Source: Candidatus Firestoneibacteriota bacterium
Lineage (GTDB): Bacteria; Oederibacteriota; D2-FULL-39-29; CAIOVX01
Direction of reading: 5' to 3'
Assembly (NCBI GenBank): GCA_903861835.1
Contig: CAIOVX010000011.1
Location: 66,122 to 130,121, forward strand
Length of the DNA stretch: 64,000 nt
Positions 17,774-27,795 of the stretch are shown in pieces; the first letter of the stretch is position 1, and each line of letters starts with the position of its first letter. Made by a program: the position numbers and the translations under genes. A model generated the notes under the pieces. That model made no database searches. It was not told the DNA's origin and saw only the letters and a program-made list of their open reading frames with translations.

Positions 17774-19601
17774 CGCCCCGGGTGATATTTCTTTTACCTA
17801 TCTGATTCCTGAAGCGCTCAAGGGCAAACTCTCTCTTTTCCAGCGCGTTACCGTTCCGCTTGGAAACAGGAAAGCGCTCGCTTTTGTCACAGGTTTCCCG
17901 GCCTCCTCTGCGGTTTCTAACCTTAAGGAAATAGACTCTGTTTTTGATCCGGTCCCGGTCTTTGGTGAAAGCCTCGCCGGCTTGGCCTCCTGGATGGCAG
18001 CTGAATACGCGGCTTCACTCGGGATGTGCCTTCACACAATGCTGCCTGATAAATTAAAAACATTTCCCCCGTCGAGAGGCAAATTTCCGCCGTTGCCTGC
18101 TGCATTCAAGGACGGCTGTGGAATGAAAACTTCTGTTACCTCACTTGAATTGCCGAGGGCTAAAAGGTTAGCCGGGTATCTCAAGAGAATAAGCGAAGCC
18201 GCGGCCTCCGGCGGCAAAGCGCTCGTAATACTTCCGGAAACTGAACTTATTCCGGAATTCGCAGAGAAAGTTAAAGCTGCCGGGATTCAGGTTGTGGAAG
18301 CGCACTCGAAACTGGCGCAGGGGAAAATGTATTCGGCTCTGACCGAGATGCAGCAGGAAGGACCTCTTTGCGTTGTAGCTTCAAGACAAGGGCTCTTCTT
18401 GCCTGTGAAAGGTTTGATGCTGGCCATACTTGAGGAAGAGAACGCCTCCAGTTACAGAAGCGACGAGACGCCGAGGTTTCTTGCCAGGGATGTTTTGGTG
18501 GAGCGAGCAAAGCGTTCCGGCTTTGAAGTTATTTTAGGTTCCTACCTGCTTTCCGCCGACACCAGGCACCGTTTCCCGCCTGAAAAAAGTGAACTGTTTA
18601 AACCGGGCAGGATTACTGTAGTCGCATTTAAAAATAAGTTTAGGATGCTCTCCCCGCTTGCCTTAAAACCTCTCGAAGACGCCTTGAAATTGGGTAAGAA
18701 TACCGCCCTAATTACCACGCGAAAAGGCTATTCTACGGCAATGTTCTGCGATGAATGCGGTACGGTTATCCGTTGCGCCAAATGCGGTATACCGTTAGTT
18801 GAGCATAGAGAGGATAATACTTTGCGCTGCGGTTATTGCGGGCACAGTGAGGCCTCGCCGGATGCCTGTCCAAAGTGCAAAGGAGCGCTCCTTTCCGGTA
18901 TCGGCGACGGGGTAGAACGGGCGGAAGCCGAGGCAAAGGAACTGATTCCCGGCGTTTCTACAGTTAGGATTGATACTGATGCCCTTAAAAAAAAGTCCGA
19001 CAGGTTAGTCGCAAAATCGGCCTTCAAACTCGGCAGCGGGAAACTCGCAGTTGGCACACACCTTGCTATTGGCTGTCTGTCCGGAATGGAAGGCGGGGCA
19101 GCCGTGCTTACCGGCATTGAACACATAATGAACAGAAATGATTTTCGCGCGGTTGAACAGGCGCTCTCCTTTGTGGCTAAAGCAGCGGACACGGCGCCGG
19201 ACTCGGTAAAGTTAGTTCTACAGGTAAGGGACGGTAAGAACCCGGTGGCAAGGGCAGTACAGGGCGGTTCTGTTGAGGACTTTATGAGCGTGGAGCTTGC
19301 CCAGAGAAAGGATCTGCTTTACCCTCCTTTTGCAAGGCTTGCGTTTGTGACTTTGAGCGGGAAGACTGAAGAAGAGCTTAAGGCCGCGCTCCTGTCTTTC
19401 GGTTCCGCGCTTGAAAAAAACAACTTAGACGGTGTAGAGGTTCTTGGCCCGCTTGAACTTGGAAAGTCGTTCGGAGGCTACAGATCACAGTACCTTCTGC
19501 GCTCTTCGAAAGGCGTCGGGAGACTTATAAAAGCGGCAAAACAGGTCTTCTTTCTCGATAAGAAGTTTCGAGCGAGAATGCTGGATGTTAATATTATATA
19601 G
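17745..19601 (+). CDS. priA: PriA-like primosomal protein N' homolog with degenerate helicase/ATPase motifs
   Basis: Has a PriA-like N-terminal 3'-DNA-binding domain and the PriA Cys-rich zinc region CDECG..CAKCG..CGYCG..CPKCKG. It is collinear with PriA throughout, but Walker A is absent (LPRAKRLAGYL where GVTGSGKT is expected), DEEH is replaced by LEEEN, and the motif VI Arg finger region reads KAADTAPD. Confidence 0.65.
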   Translation: MTEYVEAAINAPGDISFTYLIPEALKGKLSLFQRVTVPLGNRKALAFVTGFPASSAVSNLKEIDSVFDPVPVFGESLAGLASWMAAEYAASLGMCLHTMLPDKLKTFPPSRGKFPPLPAAFKDGCGMKTSVTSLELPRAKRLAGYLKRISEAAASGGKALVILPETELIPEFAEKVKAAGIQVVEAHSKLAQGKMYSALTEMQQEGPLCVVASRQGLFLPVKGLMLAILEEENASSYRSDETPRFLARDVLVERAKRSGFEVILGSYLLSADTRHRFPPEKSELFKPGRITVVAFKNKFRMLSPLALKPLEDALKLGKNTALITTRKGYSTAMFCDECGTVIRCAKCGIPLVEHREDNTLRCGYCGHSEASPDACPKCKGALLSGIGDGVERAEAEAKELIPGVSTVRIDTDALKKKSDRLVAKSAFKLGSGKLAVGTHLAIGCLSGMEGGAAVLTGIEHIMNRNDFRAVEQALSFVAKAADTAPDSVKLVLQVRDGKNPVARAVQGGSVEDFMSVELAQRKDLLYPPFARLAFVTLSGKTEEELKAALLSFGSALEKNNLDGVEVLGPLELGKSFGGYRSQYLLRSSKGVGRLIKAAKQVFFLDKKFRARMLDVNII

Positions 19602-19655
19602 ATGGTCAGATGGTCAGAAGCTTAGAGGATTAGAAACGTAAAACGGGGGGATGAA

Positions 19656-20780
19656 GTGAAAAACGCCATTAAGGGTAATCAGCAAAAGAAAAACAGAAAC
19701 TTGCCGCTTTTTGCATGTGTACTTATATGCCTTATTGCTATTTTTTATCCGCAAAGAGTCAAATCAGCACTCATAGATGACCTTATCTGTCCTGATTCTG
19801 AGGTCAGGAAAAAAGCGCTTTATCGGTTTGATTCCTCCGACGCGTCCTCAAAAGAGGAAATAATCGCTAGGCTTATCGAAAGATCCTTTAACAAGGGTAA
19901 TGAGCAGTATGACTATGCGCTCGAAGACCTTAAAGCTATGGGAGCCCAGGCTATAGGCCCGGCTATAAGAACAATAAATGATATTAATCTTGCGGAAAGA
20001 GATCCGTGGGTAGCAGTTTGTCTCAACTCCGGGAAAGCAGCTGTACCGGAACTCAAGAAATATTTGGGTTCGGACGAGTTACACTCTCTCGCTGCGGCCT
20101 CCTTGCTTCTGAGGGTTGATCCGGAAATGCGCGAGGCTGCCGCTTTCATTTCAAAAAAACTTAAGGAATCCAAGACAGATAAAACGACTTTATTCTGCCT
20201 GCGGGCTTTAAGCTTGGAGACCTCACCCTCCGAAACAGAACTGCAAAGCATAATTGTCAGGCTTAAAAGTCCTGACAGTATAAGAGCTGTCGCGCTTAGT
20301 TGTCTTGACAATTTCGGGACAAAAGCCTCCTTAGCTATTCCGGAAGTTCTAAAAGTACTAAAGAGCGAAAAACAGGAAGGCAGAATATTGCCGCTCAAAG
20401 TGCTGGGCAATTGCAAGGAAGCGGCCTATGAAGCCGTACCTTATCTTTATGAGTTGGCGGCAATTGATGATATCGTCCTCCGGCTCAATGTCTTGCGGGT
20501 TATCGGCGAGATCGGAGTTGATCCAAAAGGTTCACTTCCCGTCCTCGAGGCTTCGCTTAAACACGAGGATGAGTTTGTTAGGGCGGCTGCCGCCGAAGCG
20601 GTGGGACGATTCGACAGGAAAGCATTCGGGGCTGTGCCGGTTCTTTCTGAAGCTCTTATGTCAAGCAAGCTGCTTTATACTCAGGATAAAATAATTGCGG
20701 CGCTAAGGGCTGTTGGAACAGAAGACGCGCTCGCAGCTGTTAACAGGTTTAGGAAGGAAGTAAGACAAAAGAAGAAATGA
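19656..20780 (+). CDS. HEAT/PBS-lyase-like repeat protein with N-terminal membrane anchor
   Basis: N-terminal TM helix (LPLFACVLICLIAIF) followed by repeated ~30-aa alpha-helical HEAT-like units. Confidence 0.5.
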   Translation: MKNAIKGNQQKKNRNLPLFACVLICLIAIFYPQRVKSALIDDLICPDSEVRKKALYRFDSSDASSKEEIIARLIERSFNKGNEQYDYALEDLKAMGAQAIGPAIRTINDINLAERDPWVAVCLNSGKAAVPELKKYLGSDELHSLAAASLLLRVDPEMREAAAFISKKLKESKTDKTTLFCLRALSLETSPSETELQSIIVRLKSPDSIRAVALSCLDNFGTKASLAIPEVLKVLKSEKQEGRILPLKVLGNCKEAAYEAVPYLYELAAIDDIVLRLNVLRVIGEIGVDPKGSLPVLEASLKHEDEFVRAAAAEAVGRFDRKAFGAVPVLSEALMSSKLLYTQDKIIAALRAVGTEDALAAVNRFRKEVRQKKK

Positions 20781-22588
20781 ACGGAGATAGTATGATAACT
20801 ATCCAAGATTATGTTTATAGGATGAGGGGTTTTGCCGGTAAACCTTTTATTTCCTGGAACGAAGGCGGAACCGGAGCTTCAATTGACTTCGGTCAGGCTG
20901 CGGAAATTGTCAATTCCTACTCAAAGGGGTTCCTTGAACTTGGCCTGTTACCCGGCGACAGGGTAGCCGTATTTTCAGATAATATCCCTGAATGGATCCT
21001 GATTGTGCTTGGAATAAATAATGCCGGGTTGGTAGATGTGCCGCGCGGCGAGAACTCAGATGAAGAAGAGATCAGGTATATTATTGAACACAGCCGTTCC
21101 AGATTAGTGATAGCTGCTGATGAGACTATAGCAAAAAAAGCGGCAAAATATGCGCACTCACAGGTTCTGGGTCTTTACACCGTAAAAAAAGCGATTGGCC
21201 TAAAGCATGTCTCGGAAATTAGCGGAATAGGCGCTATTAGCAATGTTAAAATCCCGCTTGTCTCCGGCAGTTCTTCCTGCAGCATAATCTATACCTCCGG
21301 AAGCACAGGCGCTCCAAAGGGAGTTGAACTTTCGCATTACAATTTTACTGAAAACGCCGAGGCCTGTACCAGAGCAATCAAGATTAATTCTGCCGATAAA
21401 TTCCTATCGATTCTGCCGGCGTGGCACGCTTTCGAAAGGATGGTAAAGCTCTTCGCGCTTTCAAGAGGTTGTGAAACCTTCTATTCATCGCCTAAGACCC
21501 TTCTAAGAGATTTGAAGGAGCAGGAACCTACTATTGTGGCCTCCGTTCCGAGAGTTTGGGAAGCCGTCTACAGCGCCGTAATGAGAAAGGCGGGTGAAAG
21601 GGGCAAGCTGAGGAAAGCTGTTTTCGAGTTTGGCGTCAAGTCGATTATTGATTCCGAAAAGAATAAAAAAGCGTTTCACACCTCCCGGTTAATAGGGCCG
21701 CTGGTGAAACCGTATTTCGATAAAAAAGTATTTTCAGAAATACGAGCACAGCTTGGAGGCAGATTCCGTTACGGCGTTTCAGGCGGCAGCAAGCTGCCTG
21801 CACATATAGATGATTTTTTTGCGGCGGCCGGAATTGAGTTGATAGAAGGTTATGGCCTTACGGAAACTTCCCCCGTGCTCGCGGCGCGCCGTCCCGGCTC
21901 AGCAGCTCTTTATACCGTAGGACCGCTTCTGGACAATGTCAGCGGCAGGATAATAGATCACGAGACCGGCAAGGAAATGCCGGCAGGCTGCGAAGGAATA
22001 CTATACGTAAAAGGTCCGAATGTAATGAAGGGGTATTATCGCGATTATGAAAATACGCGTAAAGTTCTTGACGGTGAAGGCTGGTTGGATACAGGAGACC
22101 GCGGATATTTTGACCCGGCCGGCAACCTGGTTATAACAGGAAGGGAAAAAGATATTGTAGTCCTGTCTAACGGTGAGAATGTAAATCCCGTTAAGATTGA
22201 AGAGCGACTTGCTAAAAGCGAGTTCATTGAGAGTATACTTATAACAGGACATGATTGGAAGCATATAGGCGCGCTGATAGTTCCGCACTTTGAAAAGCTT
22301 AAGGTTTGGTGCCTTGCGGCAGGTGTTAAATACAATGAAGAGAATCTCACTTTGACGCTCACAGAACCGCAGGTAAGGGAATTATTCAGGCAGGAAATAA
22401 GAAATTACATAAACCCTAAAGAAGGATTTAAGGAATACGAACTGGTTCGTGAGTTTAGGCTGTTGCCTGAGTCTTTCCTGGTAGGGAGAGAACTGACGGC
22501 CACACTAAAAATGAAGAGAAGGGTTATAGTTGAAATCTATTCGGAATATGTCAAAAACATGGGTGAAAGGGTAAATAAGGTTTTATAA
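20777..22588 (+). CDS. AMP-dependent acyl-CoA synthetase/ligase (long-chain fatty acid--CoA ligase-like)
   Basis: AMP-binding signature IIYTSGSTGAPKGVELSH, YGLTETSP, and the TGDRGY...GREKD hinge. Confidence 0.8.
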   Translation: MNGDSMITIQDYVYRMRGFAGKPFISWNEGGTGASIDFGQAAEIVNSYSKGFLELGLLPGDRVAVFSDNIPEWILIVLGINNAGLVDVPRGENSDEEEIRYIIEHSRSRLVIAADETIAKKAAKYAHSQVLGLYTVKKAIGLKHVSEISGIGAISNVKIPLVSGSSSCSIIYTSGSTGAPKGVELSHYNFTENAEACTRAIKINSADKFLSILPAWHAFERMVKLFALSRGCETFYSSPKTLLRDLKEQEPTIVASVPRVWEAVYSAVMRKAGERGKLRKAVFEFGVKSIIDSEKNKKAFHTSRLIGPLVKPYFDKKVFSEIRAQLGGRFRYGVSGGSKLPAHIDDFFAAAGIELIEGYGLTETSPVLAARRPGSAALYTVGPLLDNVSGRIIDHETGKEMPAGCEGILYVKGPNVMKGYYRDYENTRKVLDGEGWLDTGDRGYFDPAGNLVITGREKDIVVLSNGENVNPVKIEERLAKSEFIESILITGHDWKHIGALIVPHFEKLKVWCLAAGVKYNEENLTLTLTEPQVRELFRQEIRNYINPKEGFKEYELVREFRLLPESFLVGRELTATLKMKRRVIVEIYSEYVKNMGERVNKVL

Positions 22589-22627
22589 TTCTCTGTTTTT
22601 TAGCACTCAAGGAACGCCGGAGCAAAG

Positions 22628-25174
22628 ATGAGAAGTTTCGCAATAAGCCTTGTGACCGTCCTCCTGCTTTTTACAATAAATACGGCTTTCGGGCAAACCT
22701 TTCATCAAATAGGGCTTTCCGGCGGCGGCGCCACCTATTATCCGGCTATTTCTTCTGTAAATAAGAACTTAATGTTCGCGAGTTGCGATATGTCAGGTTT
22801 CTATAAAAGTCAGGATGCCGGCGGAAGCTGGAGTCTTATTGATTTTCATCAGCTAAACAGCTGCAATAAATGTTATCCTGCTTTTGATCCGACGGACCAA
22901 TCAAAAATATATACTGCCTCAAATGCAATTCTTAAATACAGCAGTGACACAGGAAGCACCTGGTCTACCGTGCGTTCGTATTCCCCGGATAGCGCGATTT
23001 ACAGGATATACGTCGACCCGTTTAACTCCGGAGTTGTCTACGCCGGGACTAACGCTGCAATATATAAAAATGCCACGAAATGCACTGACATCACGGATTC
23101 AGCCTCAGCCATTGGTTTTTATATATCCAACTCAGGCTCGAAGTACGAATTCGCTGCAACATCAAAAAACATCTGGCGCTCAGGCAACGACGGCGGAAAC
23201 TGGGCTGTTAAAAGCCCGGCCGGCCCTTCAGGCCTAAACAGTTTCTGCGGCGGAAGCAACGGCGCTACAACACGGCTGTACTGTACGGGAACTGACGGAA
23301 AAGTTTATGTTTCTATCAACAACGGTGATAACTGGGCTGCCGCCTCAACTTCAGGAATACCTTTGACTGACAGAGGTTATCTGTATTCGGTTGTCTGTGC
23401 TGAAACCAATCCTGATATTGCTTACGCTATGGTAAATAACCCCGCAGTTTCCTGGGACCTGAATATTTACAAGACTTCAGACGGCGGGAGCACCTGGACC
23501 AATGTTTTCATTGCTAATCCTTTTGCGTGGCAGTCAAGCCCGCCGGCGGATCCGCCGGGAGACAATGTGACGCTCGGTTGGCAGGCCTATGATGAACCCG
23601 GCTGGAACAGCACTTTTACTTACGGTTTTTATGTCTGCAGAACTGACCCTAATTATGTGATAGGGGCAGGAGGCGGAGAGGTTTACCTGACAACCGACGG
23701 AGGCGTTAGCTGGAACGGAGTCTATGTCAAATACGCCGACACCGGCACGCGCGGAAAGCATAAGAAATGGCAGAGCAACGGATTGAATGTTACAACTGTC
23801 TGGAATTATTACATACATCCTTTTGATTCGACTAAACATTATATCTGCTATACGGACATAGGGCTGGCTCAGAGCAATGACAGCGGCCTGACCTGGTTTT
23901 CTTCTTGGACCGGAACTCCTTTTCCTAATACTTTCTACGACCTGGCTTTTGACCCGAATTCACCTGCCATAATCTATGGAGCCGGCTCGGCAGATCACGA
24001 CATTCCCACCGGCTGGGGGCAGTCACAGGACACTCCGGATTATCCGGGCGGTCCCGTCATAAGCACCGATTATGGCAAGAGCTGGGCGGCAATGAGCTTC
24101 TCAGGTTTGACGACGAAGATCTGGACCCAGGGCACCTATCCGTATCCCTGCACCGGTATAGCGGTGGATGCCGCCGGAACAGCCCTTTATATAACTCAAT
24201 ACGGCGATGGAGTTTATAAATCCGTAAAGGCCGGAGGTCTTTGGGGCGCCTGGACCAAATTAAACGTTCCTGCGATAAACAATAATAATCATTATTATAA
24301 AATAAAAATCCATAAGGACGGCACGATATTTGCAGGTGTGGTCGGGAGGATAACTTACAGCGGGGGAACGTGGGGGTCCGGCAGCTGGCAGACTCCTGAT
24401 GCCGGCGCGGTTTATGTGTCCAAGAACGGCGGCACCACATGGAGTAATATCGCTCAGAATGTGTATTCCGGAGGTCCGCTCTTCAATACAAGGCTTTTCG
24501 AAGCAGATCCGGAGAATAGCAATATTGTTTATCTATGCGCCGCCGCCTCGCGGAACGGTTCTGATTACGGAGTGTATAAAACAGCCAACGGCGGAGTTTC
24601 CTGGACCAAGTTCACTTTTACAGGCACATATAATCAAACCTACGGAATGGCCACGCCGGAAACCATCAGCATTGACCCGTCTAACACTTCTGTGCTCTAC
24701 CTTTCCTCAAATGACAACAGCCTTTGGAAGAGTCCTGACGGAGGCATTACCTGGTCAGCTATTTCTTTCCCGTTTCTTCCAATTGATAATGTCCGTGTCG
24801 ATCCGGCAAATAACTGCATTTATGTATGCTCATATGGCAGCGGGGTTTGGACGAACTCGCAGGGAGTTGCGCCGCCGCCGCCGGATGGAACCATACCAAT
24901 AAATCCTGTAGTTTTTCCAAACCCTTTCAAGCTTTTAGGAAGCGGGAGCGTAAGGATTGCAGCAATTCCGGTTCGGCCAACAGCCGTTGAGATCTACAAC
25001 AGCAGCGGAGCGCTAGTCAGAAGACTGACAACTTTCTCGTCTGATTCGAACGGGTTTTTCACTATTTGGGACGCAAAGAACGGAAATGGAGATACGGTTG
25101 CGCGGGGAATCTATCTCTATTCAATAATAACCTCTTCGGGGAATAAGACCGGAAAGATAGGCGTAATCAAGTAA
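22628..25174 (+). CDS. Secreted BNR/Asp-box repeat beta-propeller protein with a T9SS-type (por_Secre_tail/FlgD-Ig-like) C-terminal sorting domain
   Basis: Signal peptide. At least 11 Asp-box motifs (SxDxGxTW: SQDAGGSW, SSDTGSTW, TSDGGSTW, TTDGGVSW, SNDSGLTW, STDYGKSW, SKNGGTTW, TANGGVSW, SPDGGITW and others). The last ~90 aa (FPNPF...VEIYNSSGALV...GIYLYSII...KIGVIK) match the T9SS C-terminal-domain pattern. Confidence 0.7.
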   Translation: MRSFAISLVTVLLLFTINTAFGQTFHQIGLSGGGATYYPAISSVNKNLMFASCDMSGFYKSQDAGGSWSLIDFHQLNSCNKCYPAFDPTDQSKIYTASNAILKYSSDTGSTWSTVRSYSPDSAIYRIYVDPFNSGVVYAGTNAAIYKNATKCTDITDSASAIGFYISNSGSKYEFAATSKNIWRSGNDGGNWAVKSPAGPSGLNSFCGGSNGATTRLYCTGTDGKVYVSINNGDNWAAASTSGIPLTDRGYLYSVVCAETNPDIAYAMVNNPAVSWDLNIYKTSDGGSTWTNVFIANPFAWQSSPPADPPGDNVTLGWQAYDEPGWNSTFTYGFYVCRTDPNYVIGAGGGEVYLTTDGGVSWNGVYVKYADTGTRGKHKKWQSNGLNVTTVWNYYIHPFDSTKHYICYTDIGLAQSNDSGLTWFSSWTGTPFPNTFYDLAFDPNSPAIIYGAGSADHDIPTGWGQSQDTPDYPGGPVISTDYGKSWAAMSFSGLTTKIWTQGTYPYPCTGIAVDAAGTALYITQYGDGVYKSVKAGGLWGAWTKLNVPAINNNNHYYKIKIHKDGTIFAGVVGRITYSGGTWGSGSWQTPDAGAVYVSKNGGTTWSNIAQNVYSGGPLFNTRLFEADPENSNIVYLCAAASRNGSDYGVYKTANGGVSWTKFTFTGTYNQTYGMATPETISIDPSNTSVLYLSSNDNSLWKSPDGGITWSAISFPFLPIDNVRVDPANNCIYVCSYGSGVWTNSQGVAPPPPDGTIPINPVVFPNPFKLLGSGSVRIAAIPVRPTAVEIYNSSGALVRRLTTFSSDSNGFFTIWDAKNGNGDTVARGIYLYSIITSSGNKTGKIGVIK

Positions 25175-25299
25175 AAGCCGGTGAAGAAATATTCCAAAGA
25201 AAAATGCTTTTGTGATAAAATATAAAGCAGTCTAAAAGTCATAATGCAATCAATCTTCATGTTATGTCTGTGCTAAGCGGCTAAAATCACCGATAGGTA

Positions 25300-26217
25300 A
25301 TGCGCGCGCCGCGTAGTCAAGGAATTATGAAGAAAGTTCTCTTGCTGTTGCTTCTAATAACGGCGCCTCTGGCAGCCGGCAAACTTAAGGTATTTACGAC
25401 AATTTTTCCTGTTTATGACCTTTCAAGGCAGGTCGGCGGAGAACTTTGTGAAGTATCAATGTTGATACCTCCGGGCACAGAAGCGCATTCTTACGAACCA
25501 ACACCTAAGCAGATAGCCGGGCTTGGCAAATGCGACCTTCTGATTTACACCAATCCGTATATGGAACCGTGGATAGCGAAGGCAGCGCGGGGGGCAGGGA
25601 TGAAGCCGGGGGATATAGTAAATTCCTGCGAGAATATTGTTCTGCTGAGCGCAACCAAAGGGGAAGAGCCTGATCATCAGGCTTATGAGGGAAAAGACCC
25701 TCACGCCTGGCTGGACATCGGGAATGCCGCGAAGATGACGGAAAATATTGCCTTGGCTTTTGAGAGAAAGGATCCTGCAAACGCCGCGCAGTACCGCCGC
25801 AACGCGAAGGCCTATGAAAAAGCGCTCTTTGAGTTTGATGCTGCGGCTAAAAGAGCTATCTCGGGCTTTAAAAAGAAGAACTTCTATTTTGCGGGGCATT
25901 TTGCCTACGGCTATTTCGTAAGCCGCTATGGACTGAGCTACACATCTCCTTTTAAGGGCTTTTCTCCTGACGCGGAACCTACGCCTAAAGCTCTCGCGAA
26001 GATGTCAGATGAGATAAAAAAGGACGGAGCAACCGTTATTTACAGGGAAGAGCTGCTTTCCTCTAGGCTGGCAGACGCTCTTGCAGCCGAAGGCGGTCTG
26101 ACTGTGCTTGAACTCTCGGCTGCTCATAACGTTTCCAAGAAGGAACTGGCTAAAGGTTTAACCTTGCTGTCTATCCTGCGCAGTAATCTTAGTAATCTTG
26201 AACGGGGGCTAAAGTGA
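25300..26217 (+). CDS. znuA: Metal (Zn/Mn) ABC transporter substrate-binding protein, TroA/ZnuA family
   Basis: Cluster-9 solute-binding motifs EAHSYEPTP and DPHAWLD. The likely true start is MKKVLLL at about 25327, with a signal peptide. Confidence 0.75.
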   Translation: MRAPRSQGIMKKVLLLLLLITAPLAAGKLKVFTTIFPVYDLSRQVGGELCEVSMLIPPGTEAHSYEPTPKQIAGLGKCDLLIYTNPYMEPWIAKAARGAGMKPGDIVNSCENIVLLSATKGEEPDHQAYEGKDPHAWLDIGNAAKMTENIALAFERKDPANAAQYRRNAKAYEKALFEFDAAAKRAISGFKKKNFYFAGHFAYGYFVSRYGLSYTSPFKGFSPDAEPTPKALAKMSDEIKKDGATVIYREELLSSRLADALAAEGGLTVLELSAAHNVSKKELAKGLTLLSILRSNLSNLERGLK

Positions 26218-26996
26218 GCGTTGTTGATTTCAAGAAGGTAACATATATCGCTTCCGGTAAAGCGGTCTTAGATAATATTAGTTTTACGGTCTCTGAAGGC
26301 AATTTTGTCGGTATTGTCGGCCAGAACGGCAGCGGGAAGACGACTCTCATTAAGACTCTTCTGGGCTTGTTTAAGCAGGCTTCCGGAGAGGTGAAACTAT
26401 TCGGGGTTGACCCCGTTCGTTTCAAAGACTGGAGAAAAGTAGGCTATATACCGCAAAAAGTCATTACCGGAGATAACAGATTTCCTCTTACTGTCTCCGA
26501 AGCTGTTGGTTTGGGATTGCTTTCAGGAATGAAAAACCCAAAAACGTTAAACTCTGCGGGCAGGGCCAAAGTTTTAGCTACGCTAAAAGCCCTTGATATA
26601 ACTGAAATAGCGGAGAAACTCGTTGGAAGGTTATCGGGAGGGCAGCAGCAGCGTGTGATGTTGGCCAGGGCTCTTGTGAATGACCCGGAACTTCTCGTGC
26701 TGGATGAACCGACAGCTGCGCTCGATGTCTCGGCGGGAGAAGCTTTTATGAAATTAATCAGAGACCTCAACGAAAAAAGGAAGGTCACGGTTCTTTTGGT
26801 AACCCACGATATCGCAAACATAGGCAAATACGCCGATAAGATGCTCTATATCGATAATAAGATGGTTTTTTATGGCACCTTTGGGGATTTTTGCATCTCC
26901 CCGGATGCGGCGCTTTATTTCGGAAAGTATGCCCAGCACATCATCTGCCACAGGCATGATCACGAAAAGGCGGAAGGAGTCACGCGCGGTGCTTGA
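26214..26996 (+). CDS. znuC: Metal ABC transporter ATP-binding protein
   Basis: Walker A GQNGSGKTT, ABC signature LSGGQQQRV, and Walker B LLVLDEPT. Confidence 0.8.
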   Translation: MSVVDFKKVTYIASGKAVLDNISFTVSEGNFVGIVGQNGSGKTTLIKTLLGLFKQASGEVKLFGVDPVRFKDWRKVGYIPQKVITGDNRFPLTVSEAVGLGLLSGMKNPKTLNSAGRAKVLATLKALDITEIAEKLVGRLSGGQQQRVMLARALVNDPELLVLDEPTAALDVSAGEAFMKLIRDLNEKRKVTVLLVTHDIANIGKYADKMLYIDNKMVFYGTFGDFCISPDAALYFGKYAQHIICHRHDHEKAEGVTRGA

Positions 26997-27795
26997 AGCT
27001 TTACACTACGCTTTTATACAGAAGGCGCTGCTTGCCGGGGCCTTTATCTCGGTGCTCTGCGCCGTCCTCGGGGTATTTCTGGTATTAAAGAAATTCTCGC
27101 TTATAGGCGACGGGCTCTCGCACGTTACCTTTTTTTCGATTGCTCTCGGTCTCTTCTTTAAGACCTCACCGCTCTATGTCTCAGTGCCGGTAGTTGCTGT
27201 CTCTTCACTCGGCATTCTCAAACTAACGGAGAAGGGGAAAGTCTTCGGCGACACCGCTATAGGAATTGTCTCTTCATTGGGCATAGCGGGAGGAATAATA
27301 ATTGCCAGTCTCTCCGGCGGGTTCAATGTTGACCTGATGAGTTACCTGTTCGGCAGCATCCTTACAATACAGTGGGCAGAGGTAGCTCTCTCGGTAGCCC
27401 TTTCGGCTCTCGTCATCGCTCTGGTTATCTTTTACTATCATGATCTGGTAGCCGCGACTTTTGACGAAGAATCAGCAAAAGTAATGGGTATAAACACCGG
27501 GCGAGTGAACAAGGTGCTGGTGCTCCTGACCTCGCTTACAGTGGTTCTTTCGATGCGCATAGTCGGAATTATGCTGGTTTCGAGTTTCCTGATAATCCCG
27601 GCGGCTTCTGCCCTGCAGCTGGGGCTTAGTTTCAGGTCGACCATACTGGCCGCTGCTGCTTTCGGTTTTGTTTCCGTCATAAGCGGGATATTTATTTCCT
27701 ATGCGGCTGATCTTCCGGCAGGAGCTTCTATAGTTATGGTAAGTTTTATACTATTCTGCGCGGCCTTTGGGCTGAGGAAGGTGACCGGAAAATGA
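26989..27795 (+). CDS. znuB: Metal ABC transporter permease
   Basis: Polytopic ZnuB-like permease. The GTG at 26989 overlaps the znuC stop (GTGCTTGA) and gives the typical VLEALHYAFIQ N-terminus. The tracked ATG at 26872 would overlap znuC by 125 nt. Confidence 0.7.
   Translation: MLEALHYAFIQKALLAGAFISVLCAVLGVFLVLKKFSLIGDGLSHVTFFSIALGLFFKTSPLYVSVPVVAVSSLGILKLTEKGKVFGDTAIGIVSSLGIAGGIIIASLSGGFNVDLMSYLFGSILTIQWAEVALSVALSALVIALVIFYYHDLVAATFDEESAKVMGINTGRVNKVLVLLTSLTVVLSMRIVGIMLVSSFLIIPAASALQLGLSFRSTILAAAAFGFVSVISGIFISYAADLPAGASIVMVSFILFCAAFGLRKVTGK

Noticed and set aside
25175-25299. Possible Zur-box operator upstream of znuA
   Set aside because: Only a weak CATAA...TTATG symmetry was seen, with no match to known Zur or MntR box consensus. 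It is too speculative to call.
26872-26988. 5' extension of znuB overlapping znuC by 125 nt
   Set aside because: The GTG at 26989 overlaps the znuC stop in the usual coupled arrangement and yields a typical ZnuB N-terminus. The extension encodes an Arg/Ser-rich non-membrane peptide.
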